Shown one piece after another: positions 16,832 to 24,240 of a stretch of DNA of 32,000 bases. Numbering within the stretch: the first letter of the stretch is position 1; every line of letters starts with the position of its first letter. The notes beneath the pieces are model-generated. The model was not told the origin of the DNA. It saw only the letters and a list, made by a program, of their open reading frames with translations, and did not search any database. Location of the stretch: assembly GCA_963704755.1 (NCBI GenBank), contig OY969938.1, forward strand, positions 1,740,001 through 1,772,000. Reading direction: 5' to 3'. The translations under genes and the position numbers were made by a program. This DNA comes from an uncultured Chloroflexia bacterium (GTDB taxonomy: Bacteria; Chloroflexota; Anaerolineae; Anaerolineales; Anaerolineaceae).

Positions 16832-17059
16832 TCACACCGTGTGATACACATTTTTATTCCAATCCGACCAATCTTCGGGGCCATGATACATATATGGAAT
16901 GCCTTTGCTTATTTGCTCTAAGCTTGTTCTTTCAAAAACCCCACCTTTTTTAGGGTGAGTACCTGTCACCCAATTCCCTTGAGTATCTGTAATGGCAGCA
17001 TTTTCGGGGTCGTAATAGGACCTTTTTTTCGGAGGTGGGGTGGGTTGTCGGACATTCAC
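16832..17059 (-). CDS. Hypothetical 75-aa ORF at the island edge, in frame (across one TGA) with the first Rhs remnant; possibly a decayed Rhs fragment
   Basis: MNVRQPTPPPKKRSYYDPENAAITDTQGNWVTG...NKNVYHTV*NEDFADNKIYPSTGRFLTRE, with the TGA at 16832..16834. SYYDPEN weakly resembles the RYYDPE.GRF core motif. The start is GTG with no spaced RBS, and the frame opens inside the terminator hairpin. Confidence 0.3.
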   Translation of the reverse strand: MNVRQPTPPPKKRSYYDPENAAITDTQGNWVTGTHPKKGGVFERTSLEQISKGIPYMYHGPEDWSDWNKNVYHTV

Positions 17060-17068
17060 TCCATCGAT

Positions 17069-17110
17069 TAAAAAGGGAAGAACCCCTCACATTCGGGGTT
17101 CTTCCCTTTT
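17069..17110 (-). terminator. Rho-independent (bidirectional) terminator after livM; boundary between core DNA and the island
   Basis: aaaaAAGGGAAGAACCCCtcacattcGGGGTTCTTCCCTTttt. A 14-bp perfect stem (17072..17085 / 17094..17107) with an 8-nt loop, flanked by an A-run and a T-run, 22 nt downstream of the livM stop. Confidence 0.85.
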
Positions 17111-17131
17111 TAGGCAGAGCAGGTACAAGTC

Positions 17132-18181
17132 TTATTTGGTTTTGGCCAGTTGACCTAGCCGTTTCCAGCCCTCTTTTAACTGGAAAGATTTCATTTTAAT
17201 CGTGCCAACGATGCCAAAGGGAATGAAAAGGACGAAAGCCACGTAGATTGCTCCGGTGATAAAACTGGCGCCCTCGCCAATGTAGCGGCGTAAGCCAAAA
17301 TCGAGCAGGCGGTAGGTCACTGCGCCAATGAATGCACCATTCAGCGTACCCACTCCACCCAGCAGCACGATCAGCAAAGCGGTCACGGTAAAGCCCATGT
17401 CCGCGACGTTCGGGCTGACAATAGGCTGGTAAAGTGCATGTAAACAACCCGCAAACGCCGCGACCAGCGAGGAGAGCATCAGGGCGATCAGCTTGAAAGC
17501 GAAAGTATTGTACCCCAGCATCTTTGCCCGCCCCTCGTTTTCTCGCACGGCCACGCAGACACGCCCAACCGGGGAGTTTACAAAACGCTGGAAGAGCAGG
17601 TAAAACGCAACCAGAACAATCGCGGCCACGAAGTAAAATCGCAATCGCTCCGCGGCCGGGTTGATATAGGCCGGCACGATCACGCCCTGCAAACCCACAT
17701 CCGACCCCGTGAATTTTCCCAGCTCACTCGAGGTGACGATGATATGGAAAACCGATGCCATACCCAGGGTAACCAGCGCAAACGTAATACCCTTGACCCT
17801 GGGCAATACCAGCCCAAACAGCAGGGCCTGAACGATTGAGGCAACAGCTACCAGGCCGATCACGATGGGTAAGGAAAGGCCAAAATTCTTTATGGCGATG
17901 CCGGTCAGGTATGCACCGACCGCGAAGAACATGGCATGGCCAAAAGAGAGCAGCCCCGTCACCCCAAAAATCAAGTCGTAACTCAAGCCGTAAATTGCTA
18001 GAATAAAAATTTCGATCCCAAGGCCTTCGATGAACTTGGAGATACTGCCCTGGTTCATCCAAACCGCGGCGGGCGAAACCCCTTCCAACAGACCCACCCC
18101 AAAGGGCAGCAAGGCCACGATCAGGAATGAAATTAAAATAAACCGGTTGTTGGCGAAAAAAGAAGATTTTGATTTTTGCAT
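17132..18181 (-). CDS. livM: Branched-chain amino acid ABC transporter permease, LivM type
   Basis: Trimmed to ATG 18181 (MQKSKSSFFANNRFILISFLIVALLPF...), 349 aa. The 149-aa N-terminal extension of the track ORF overlaps livH out of frame and reads as GC-rich nonsense. Polytopic membrane protein with LSFGHAMFFAVGAY and LLGGVGTLNGAFIGA motifs typical of the family. Confidence 0.85.
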   Translation of the reverse strand: MQKSKSSFFANNRFILISFLIVALLPFGVGLLEGVSPAAVWMNQGSISKFIEGLGIEIFILAIYGLSYDLIFGVTGLLSFGHAMFFAVGAYLTGIAIKNFGLSLPIVIGLVAVASIVQALLFGLVLPRVKGITFALVTLGMASVFHIIVTSSELGKFTGSDVGLQGVIVPAYINPAAERLRFYFVAAIVLVAFYLLFQRFVNSPVGRVCVAVRENEGRAKMLGYNTFAFKLIALMLSSLVAAFAGCLHALYQPIVSPNVADMGFTVTALLIVLLGGVGTLNGAFIGAVTYRLLDFGLRRYIGEGASFITGAIYVAFVLFIPFGIVGTIKMKSFQLKEGWKRLGQLAKTK

Positions 18182-18183
18182 GA

Positions 18184-19731
18184 TTATTCCTTTTTCCCCA
18201 ACAGACCGCCGGGCAGGATAAGAAGAACGATAACCATAAGCAGCAGCGTCGAGGCGGGCACGATCGGCGGCGTAGGCTTGAACACAATATCCGTGAAGGG
18301 GATGGCAATCCCAATCTGGCCATATTTGATGATCATTTGCTGGATCAACCCGACCAATAAAGAGCCCAGGGCCGCCCCCGGGAAACTGGTCAGGCCACCG
18401 ATTGCCAGGGCGATCAATGCGCCGAGCAAAAGACTTTCTCCCATCGAATTGGACAGGCCCATAGAAGGCGCCGCGATGGCGCCCCCAAATGTCGCCAGGC
18501 CAACGCCCAGGGCGAAAACCAGGGTGAACACTCGGCGAACATTGATCCCCAGTGCTTCCACCATCTCGCGATCCTGGACGCCGGCGCGAATAATCATGCC
18601 AAGGCGAGTCCGCTTGAGCAATATCCATATTCCGATGAGAACGATGATGCCCACCAGCGGAATGATGATTTCATCGTAAACCCGTACCCGTCCGTTGAGC
18701 AGGAAAATTGTGGAACAATGGTTTTGCCACCAATCCGCAAGGCTGGTCGCCGGGCAATTCGTTCCGGCATTATTGAAAAGCGAAGCCTTGGGCATGACGA
18801 ATTCTGGCCGGCCCCAGACCGCCCGTACCATTTCGACGCCAATCGAGCTTAGTCCAACGGTCAGCATCAATTGATAAATTGGGCGGGAGTACAGCGGCCG
18901 GATGAGGGTCAACTCCATCAATGCGCCTAAACCCATGCCGCTGGCTGTAGCAACCACCAGCGCAATCAAAAACAACCAGGCCGAATCCATAGCAAGCAGA
19001 GCATTGGTCAGCCCATCGTTGAAGACAAAAATTACTACCCCAATAACCAGCAGGGCGCCAAAGAGGACGAAATTTCGCCAGGTCAATTTCGCCGGCCGCT
19101 GTACCGATTTTCCGAAGAGTGCCAGTGAAAAGGCCCCTAACATGCTGGCGGCCAGCAAACCCACAATCGCCAGGCCGGGTGAAATTGCCTGGAATATCGC
19201 TTTCACCGCGGGAAGGCGTGTGCCTTGATTGGCCATGAACGAGTAGGTCACCGGGCTCTGGGCATAATTGCCGAGATTCCAGATAGCAATCGGATATTTC
19301 GGAAGGACCAGCACAAAGAGACCTATCGAGATCGCGATCAATATCCACGGTAAGAACCGGCCAAACTTCGCATCGATCCGCAGGCGGCCGTGAATATAAT
19401 TCCACAAATCCCGCAGGGCAAATCCACTCAAGATGAACAAGAGGAGGGGCAGCAAATCGACGAAGGTATCCGGGCGGACGAAAACCGTCCAGGCAATGTA
19501 CGCCCCAATCATGAACAGGGTCCCATGGGCAAGGTTGAGCACATCCAGCAGCCCAAATACCAGCGAGAAGCCCGAAGCCACGAGAAACGTAACCGATCCA
19601 ACCGAGAGACCGCGCAGCAGGGTAATCACAAAATCTTGAGGCGACAATCCCTGGGAAGCGGCAAAGAACAGGACCACAATAATGGCCAGTGTGAAAATCA
19701 GCAGGGTGTTTTTTCGGAAGAATTGGTTCAC
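18184..19731 (-). CDS. livH: Branched-chain amino acid ABC transporter permease, LivH type, with a large internal insertion (515 aa)
   Basis: The N-terminal part LRGLSVGSVTFLVASGFSLVFGLLDVLNLAHGTLFMIGAY and the C-terminal part IRPLYSRP...GINVRRVFTLVFALGVGLATFGGAI match the LivH family. Its stop is 2 nt before the livM ATG. Confidence 0.85.
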   Translation of the reverse strand: MNQFFRKNTLLIFTLAIIVVLFFAASQGLSPQDFVITLLRGLSVGSVTFLVASGFSLVFGLLDVLNLAHGTLFMIGAYIAWTVFVRPDTFVDLLPLLLFILSGFALRDLWNYIHGRLRIDAKFGRFLPWILIAISIGLFVLVLPKYPIAIWNLGNYAQSPVTYSFMANQGTRLPAVKAIFQAISPGLAIVGLLAASMLGAFSLALFGKSVQRPAKLTWRNFVLFGALLVIGVVIFVFNDGLTNALLAMDSAWLFLIALVVATASGMGLGALMELTLIRPLYSRPIYQLMLTVGLSSIGVEMVRAVWGRPEFVMPKASLFNNAGTNCPATSLADWWQNHCSTIFLLNGRVRVYDEIIIPLVGIIVLIGIWILLKRTRLGMIIRAGVQDREMVEALGINVRRVFTLVFALGVGLATFGGAIAAPSMGLSNSMGESLLLGALIALAIGGLTSFPGAALGSLLVGLIQQMIIKYGQIGIAIPFTDIVFKPTPPIVPASTLLLMVIVLLILPGGLLGKKE

Positions 19732-19739
19732 TTCTAATC

Positions 19740-20444
19740 CTATGCCGCCCCTAAATAGCGATGGATGTCTGCTTTGTTATTGACCAGGTCTTCCATCTTT
19801 CCAGATTGGACGGAACGACCTTCTTCGATAATGACGTAATACTCGGCCAGTTTACTGGCCACGAGGAAATTTTGTTCCACCAACACAACCGTGCTTTCTT
19901 TGGAAAGTTGTTGAATGACCGCAATCATGTGCTCGATGATCACCGGTGCAAGTCCTTCACTGGGCTCGTCGATCAACAAAAGATTATTGTCGGCCACCAG
20001 CGCCCGGGCAATAGCGAGCATTTGCTGCTGGCCGCCAGACAGGCTGGTACCCGGCAGAGCCATAAAACGCTTCAAATCGGGGAAAAGATCGAAAATAAAA
20101 TCGTGCTTGCGGCTGTAATCGCCTTTCACCCGTTCTGCCAGCTTGAGGTTTTCTTCCACACTCAAATCCCTGAAGATCGACCGGTGCTCAGGCACATACC
20201 CAATGCCCATCGAGGCGATATCAAAGGAGCGCATTCCCTGAACTTCCTGGTTTTCGAAAATCACCTTGCCTTGGCGCACAGGCGTCAGTCCCAGAATGGA
20301 TTTAAGCGTCGTCGTTTTACCGGCCCCGTTGCGTCCCAGCAATGCCGTGATCGAGCCGGTGGGAATGCGTACATCGATACCTTGCAAAATATGAAATTGG
20401 CCGATGAATGTATGGATGCCTTGAACTTCTAGAATATAGTCCAT
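19740..20444 (-). CDS. livF: ABC transporter ATP-binding protein, LivF type
   Basis: MDYILEVQGIHTFIGQFHILQGIDVRIPTGSITALLGRNGAGKTT (Walker A), LSGGQQQML (signature), LLLIDEPSEGL (Walker B), GYVPEHRSIFRDLSVEENL. The track ORF extends to 20507, where ATGTATGA overlaps the livG stop; the 21 extra residues have no family counterpart, so the start is uncertain. Confidence 0.85.
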   Translation of the reverse strand: MDYILEVQGIHTFIGQFHILQGIDVRIPTGSITALLGRNGAGKTTTLKSILGLTPVRQGKVIFENQEVQGMRSFDIASMGIGYVPEHRSIFRDLSVEENLKLAERVKGDYSRKHDFIFDLFPDLKRFMALPGTSLSGGQQQMLAIARALVADNNLLLIDEPSEGLAPVIIEHMIAVIQQLSKESTVVLVEQNFLVASKLAEYYVIIEEGRSVQSGKMEDLVNNKADIHRYLGAA

Positions 20445-20499
20445 GTGTACCCCGTTGCATGAATGGGTGTTGACTGCTTGAAACGACGGATCAGGGGAT

Positions 20500-21270
20500 T
20501 CATACATTCAGCTCGTAAAGGCCGCCGAGGTACGCGGTCTGCACTTCTTTATTGGCCGCAATTTCGGCAGGCGCCCCTTCAGCCAGGACTTTTCCTAAAT
20601 GCATCACCGTGATCACGTCCGAGATGCTCATGACTACGTTCATGTTATGCTCTACCAGCATCACGGTTTTGTTGCCCCCCTTCTGGATCTCCTGGATCAA
20701 AGCGATCAACTCAGGCACCTGTTCCGCGGCCATTCCGGCGGTGGGCTCATCGAGCAGCAGAATCTCGGGGTCCGGAGCTAAGATCATACCGAGTTCGAGT
20801 TTCCTTTGATCGCCATGCGGCAGGGTACGGGCAAGAGTTTGGGCCCGGTTTTTCAGCCCCACCTTTTCGATCGCTTCCCAGGCGCTATCCTCGCAATCTT
20901 TCAGGCGGGAAACGTCCATCCAGAATTTGAAATTCCCATTTCCCATGGCCTGCGAAGCCAGGCGAATATTTTCGAAAACGGTGAGATTTGGAAAGATATT
21001 GGTGATCTGAAATGAGCGTCCAATACCGTTATGGATCATCCGGTGGATCGGTTGGTGGGTCAGGTCATGGCCCTTGAAAATCACTTTGCCGCTGGTCGGT
21101 TCGATATTTCTGCTCAATAAATTAAAAAGGGTGGTCTTTCCGGCACCGTTTGGACCGATAATGGCGTGCAGCGTGTTCTTGCGGACCTTAAGGTTGACAC
21201 TGTCAACCGCGACCAGGGCGCCAAAGTGTTTGGATAAATTGATGGTTTCGATAATAATTTCGTTGTCCAT
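20500..21270 (-). CDS. livG: ABC transporter ATP-binding protein, LivG type
   Basis: Trimmed to MDNEIIIETINLSKHFGALVAVDSVNLKV...GPNGAGKTTLFN, GIGRSFQITNIFPNLTVFENI, LLLLDEPTAGM and the C-terminal ...VQTAYLGG. 256 aa. Confidence 0.85.
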   Translation of the reverse strand: MDNEIIIETINLSKHFGALVAVDSVNLKVRKNTLHAIIGPNGAGKTTLFNLLSRNIEPTSGKVIFKGHDLTHQPIHRMIHNGIGRSFQITNIFPNLTVFENIRLASQAMGNGNFKFWMDVSRLKDCEDSAWEAIEKVGLKNRAQTLARTLPHGDQRKLELGMILAPDPEILLLDEPTAGMAAEQVPELIALIQEIQKGGNKTVMLVEHNMNVVMSISDVITVMHLGKVLAEGAPAEIAANKEVQTAYLGGLYELNV

Positions 21271-21337
21271 CCGGCCTTCCAATGTCTGAAAGTTCCTGCA
21301 AAATCTATCTGGCTCTTGTGTTTCTGACGGGTTGTTC

Positions 21338-21394
21338 CCCCAGGTTTGGGGTGTGTGGGCCGGCTTCGCCGGCCCACACACCCCAAACCTGGGG
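21338..21394 (-). promoter_or_regulatory. Very long perfect intercistronic hairpin (27-bp stem, 3-nt loop) between the binding-protein gene and livG
   Basis: ccccaggtttggggtgtgtgggccggc ttc gccggcccacacaccccaaacctgggg. There is no U-tract after it on the transcribed strand. Confidence 0.6.
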
Positions 21395-21419
21395 ACTTTC
21401 CCATTTAACGTTATTTTGG

Positions 21420-21452
21420 GGTCCCTAAAAGCCCAAAGGGCTTTTAGGGACC
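21420..21452 (-). promoter_or_regulatory. Second intercistronic hairpin (15-bp perfect stem, 3-nt loop) 12 nt after the binding-protein stop
   Basis: ggtccctaaaagccc aaa gggcttttagggacc. On the minus strand it is followed by CCAAAATAAC, so it is not a canonical terminator. Confidence 0.55.
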
Positions 21453-21463
21453 AGGAACCAGTA

Positions 21464-22885
21464 TTAATTACCGCTCAGGTTGCCGTAAGGCAAGGAACCG
21501 CAGCGAGCTTTCATCGATTCGGGCAGCAGACAGGGTGGTTCAGGGCGCGTGGTATCGACGTAGGTGTAAAAATTCGCGTTGGGATCGGTCAGGTTATTCA
21601 GGGTCAAAATGTACATATCCTGAATAGCGTCGTGATCTTCGGGGCGAATATCGATTGTGCCTTTGGGCCCATCGAAGCTCAGGCCCTCCATTGCGCCAAC
21701 CAAAGCATCCCCGCTCGCGTCGCCATTGGTTTTCTGCAGGGCAGCAGCGATCATTAGAGCGGCATTCATTCCATCGGCATCGAACAGGTCAGGCGAGACG
21801 CCGTAGCGAGCCTGTTCCTGTGCCACCAGAAAATCATTGGCCGCATTTTTGGGAGCGCTGAAGTGGTAGAGAATGCCCGCTGTTGTACCGATGGCATTGG
21901 TAAAGAAGGTGGGCATCAATACATTATCGATGAAGGTTGCGCCCAGGGCCATCTTGGAGGTCACGCCTTGATCCTGTGCGGCTTGCATCAAGGAGACGAA
22001 ACCCGATCCAGCCCAGGTAACGATGTACGCTTCAGCGCCGGAATTTGCGATCTGTTCCATGTAAGGGGTGAAATCCGTTGTGTCGGTGGGGGCGAAAATA
22101 TCGTCCGCCACAAAGGTCCCCCCATCCAGGGTGCAGGCATCCCGGAAGGCATCCGCGGAACCGTGGCCGAAAGCATAATCCGGGGCGATCTGAACGAAGG
22201 TCTTGTATTGCTTGGTCAGGGCAAGACATTCATTCATCGCGTCCTGGTAGTTATTGCGGCTGGTCCTGAAGGTGTACTCGTTGAAATTGACACCGGTAAT
22301 ATCGTTTGCAGCGGCGGGAGCCACGATCAAGGGGATCTTGTTTTGCAGGGCAATACCCTGCAGTGTGGCGGTCGCGGCTGAAGAAACTGTCCCAACCAGG
22401 ATGTTCACTTTTTCGACATCGATAAGCTCGTTGGCAGCCGTAGTGGTTGTATCGGGGTTGCTGCCATCATCGCGGACAAAGACCTGGATATCGCAATTGC
22501 CGAGTTTGAAATCGTTTTCCTGGGTTTTCGAGAAATCGAACACATCCCCAGCCGATCCGGCCGCACCTGTGGCGTATTCCATGCCAAGCATGAAGGAACG
22601 TGGGATCATGACGCCATAGATGGCCAGGGCCCCGGTCAAATCCGTGATTAAACCGATCTTGACGGGTTGGCTGCAATCGAGACTGGCCGGCGCAACTGTC
22701 GGCGCTTCGGTTACTGCCGCTTCGCCGGCAGGAGCCGTGGTCGGTGGTAATTCAGTTGCAGGTACCTGGGTTGGGGCGGCAGGGGGTTCGGTCGCCACTG
22801 GGGCGGGCGTTGCTGTGGGAGCGCAGGCGGAGAGCATGAGGACCAGCACTACACCAATTATCGATATGAGACGAACAGTTTTCAT
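21464..22885 (-). CDS. ABC transporter substrate-binding lipoprotein, Leu/Ile/Val-binding (type I periplasmic binding protein) family
   Basis: 473 aa. Signal peptide MKTVRLISIIGVVLVLMLSAC (lipobox), then a long Pro/Thr/Ala linker. Then PVKIGLITDLTGALAIYG...ILVGTVSSAATATLQGIALQNKIPLIVAPAAA, typical of the family. AAGGAGG RBS 9 nt upstream. Confidence 0.85.
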   Translation of the reverse strand: MKTVRLISIIGVVLVLMLSACAPTATPAPVATEPPAAPTQVPATELPPTTAPAGEAAVTEAPTVAPASLDCSQPVKIGLITDLTGALAIYGVMIPRSFMLGMEYATGAAGSAGDVFDFSKTQENDFKLGNCDIQVFVRDDGSNPDTTTTAANELIDVEKVNILVGTVSSAATATLQGIALQNKIPLIVAPAAANDITGVNFNEYTFRTSRNNYQDAMNECLALTKQYKTFVQIAPDYAFGHGSADAFRDACTLDGGTFVADDIFAPTDTTDFTPYMEQIANSGAEAYIVTWAGSGFVSLMQAAQDQGVTSKMALGATFIDNVLMPTFFTNAIGTTAGILYHFSAPKNAANDFLVAQEQARYGVSPDLFDADGMNAALMIAAALQKTNGDASGDALVGAMEGLSFDGPKGTIDIRPEDHDAIQDMYILTLNNLTDPNANFYTYVDTTRPEPPCLLPESMKARCGSLPYGNLSGN

Positions 22886-22914
22886 GAGCTTATTCCTCCT
22901 TAGAATCGATAGAA

Positions 22915-22928
22915 CTGTTGATCAACAG
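22915..22928. promoter_or_regulatory. 14-bp perfect palindrome CTGTTGATCAACAG 30-43 nt upstream of the transporter operon start; candidate operator
   Basis: Seen directly in the sequence, in the 126-nt gap between 23012 and 22885. I could not place a convincing -35/-10 pair. Confidence 0.25.
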
Positions 22929-23011
22929 CACCAATGGGCAGATTTTTGGTCTTTTCCTCCTTTTCACAAATCAACAATTTGACAACAAAACGCCAAAAGT
23001 GCATGATCTGG

Positions 23012-23809
23012 TCAAATTTGGTGGATTGTCACGAAGCCAAGCAGAATGGCGTTGAAAAGATCCGGTTTTTCCAGACAAACCGCATGCCCGGCACCGGGTA
23101 TCGTGACCAGTTGGGCACCGGGAATTTCGCCAACGATCCGTTCGCTATATTTTCGCGGTTTCAAATTATCGCTTTCACCAACCAGCACCAAAGTTGGCAC
23201 CTGGATCAGGTGTAATTCACCGGTGATGTCCATGCGCTCGAAACAATCGAGCAGTTCCAACACTGCATCCATATCCAATTCAGCATACCGGCCGGCGGCA
23301 GTTTCCAGGCCCGCCCGGTTCGCCGCAATATAGGAATCCGAGAAATTCAGCATATAACTGGCTTCGAACAACTTCTGGGGATCGCGAGCTTTGGCCGCCT
23401 CCGACCAGGTATGGGTGAACCCCCTTAAAACCGGGCCAGATTCGCTGACCGCCGAGGAAAGGAACAAGGTTTTTACCCGCCAGGGATATTTTGCCGCGAA
23501 CGCCATGCTCACTTCTGCACCATAAGAGATGCCGGCAATATGCGCTTTTTCGATTTGCAGGGCATCCATCAAAGCCGCCAGGTCGTCAGCGTGCATTTCC
23601 ATGGAGTACGGGCCTTTTGGATGAGCTGATTTCCACATCCCGCGGCAGTCGTAAAGCAAGACCTGATAATGCTTCGATAATACGGGAACCTGAAGAGCCC
23701 AACTGGCGGTACTCATGAGCACGCCGTTGGAGAGCACAATCGTGTCAGCTCCCTTAGGGCCGTGCAATTCGGCGTAAATATCCGTACCGTTCACATGAAT
23801 GACTGGCAT
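23012..23809 (-). CDS. Alpha/beta hydrolase fold protein
   Basis: 265 aa. HG-like loop VLSNGVLMS, nucleophile elbow AGISYGA, C-terminal PGAGHAVCLEKPDLF (catalytic His region). Confidence 0.8.
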   Translation of the reverse strand: MPVIHVNGTDIYAELHGPKGADTIVLSNGVLMSTASWALQVPVLSKHYQVLLYDCRGMWKSAHPKGPYSMEMHADDLAALMDALQIEKAHIAGISYGAEVSMAFAAKYPWRVKTLFLSSAVSESGPVLRGFTHTWSEAAKARDPQKLFEASYMLNFSDSYIAANRAGLETAAGRYAELDMDAVLELLDCFERMDITGELHLIQVPTLVLVGESDNLKPRKYSERIVGEIPGAQLVTIPGAGHAVCLEKPDLFNAILLGFVTIHQI

Positions 23810-23823
23810 AAAATTTACTGTTC

Positions 23824-24237
23824 CTAAATTTGAAAACCGAGGTACGTTTTTGTGCTTTCACCCTCGACCCGGTCCAGGAAGGTGATGGCCGCGGGTGCAC
23901 CAATTCTTATCGTCTCGGGATGAAATACATCTGCGCCAACGATTTGAGCGCTGATGCAAGGTCCCTCATCGAGCTGGACGATGCCGGTGCAATACGGATT
24001 CTTACGGTTATAACCGGCCTGGATCATGGCGGTCGTGGCGATATAAATCACCGAAAACGCGGTCAGCCTGCCCTTGCCGGATAGCTCCACGGCTTCCATC
24101 TCACTTCCATGACATTCGGGGCACATCGGGCGCGCCGGCACATACAGCTTTCCGCAGGATTTACAGCGGCTGCCAACCAGTTTGTGTTCGCCGAGGGCTT
24201 TGTAATGGGTTGCGCTGGTGAATTCCGTGTCTCCCAT
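23824..24237 (-). CDS. DUF35-type Zn-ribbon + OB-fold protein (thiolase partner)
   Basis: 137 aa. CKSCGKLYVPARPMCPECHG four-Cys ribbon followed by an OB-like region. The ATG is 3 nt after the thiolase stop, and the GGAGG RBS overlaps that stop. Confidence 0.8.
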   Translation of the reverse strand: MGDTEFTSATHYKALGEHKLVGSRCKSCGKLYVPARPMCPECHGSEMEAVELSGKGRLTAFSVIYIATTAMIQAGYNRKNPYCTGIVQLDEGPCISAQIVGADVFHPETIRIGAPAAITFLDRVEGESTKTYLGFQI

Positions 24238-24240
24238 GAT

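Noticed and set aside
1-17110. Island considered as a classical mobile element (prophage, ICE or transposon)
   Set aside because: I found no integrase, transposase, tRNA target, or terminal inverted or direct repeats. One visible border is a terminator and the other lies beyond the window.
18182-18628. N-terminal extensions of track ORFs (livM to 18628, livG to 21381, CoA-transferase to 28147)
   Set aside because: The extensions overlap the upstream gene out of frame, have shadow-frame composition and lack family counterparts. Internal ATGs give family-typical lengths and tight gene spacing.
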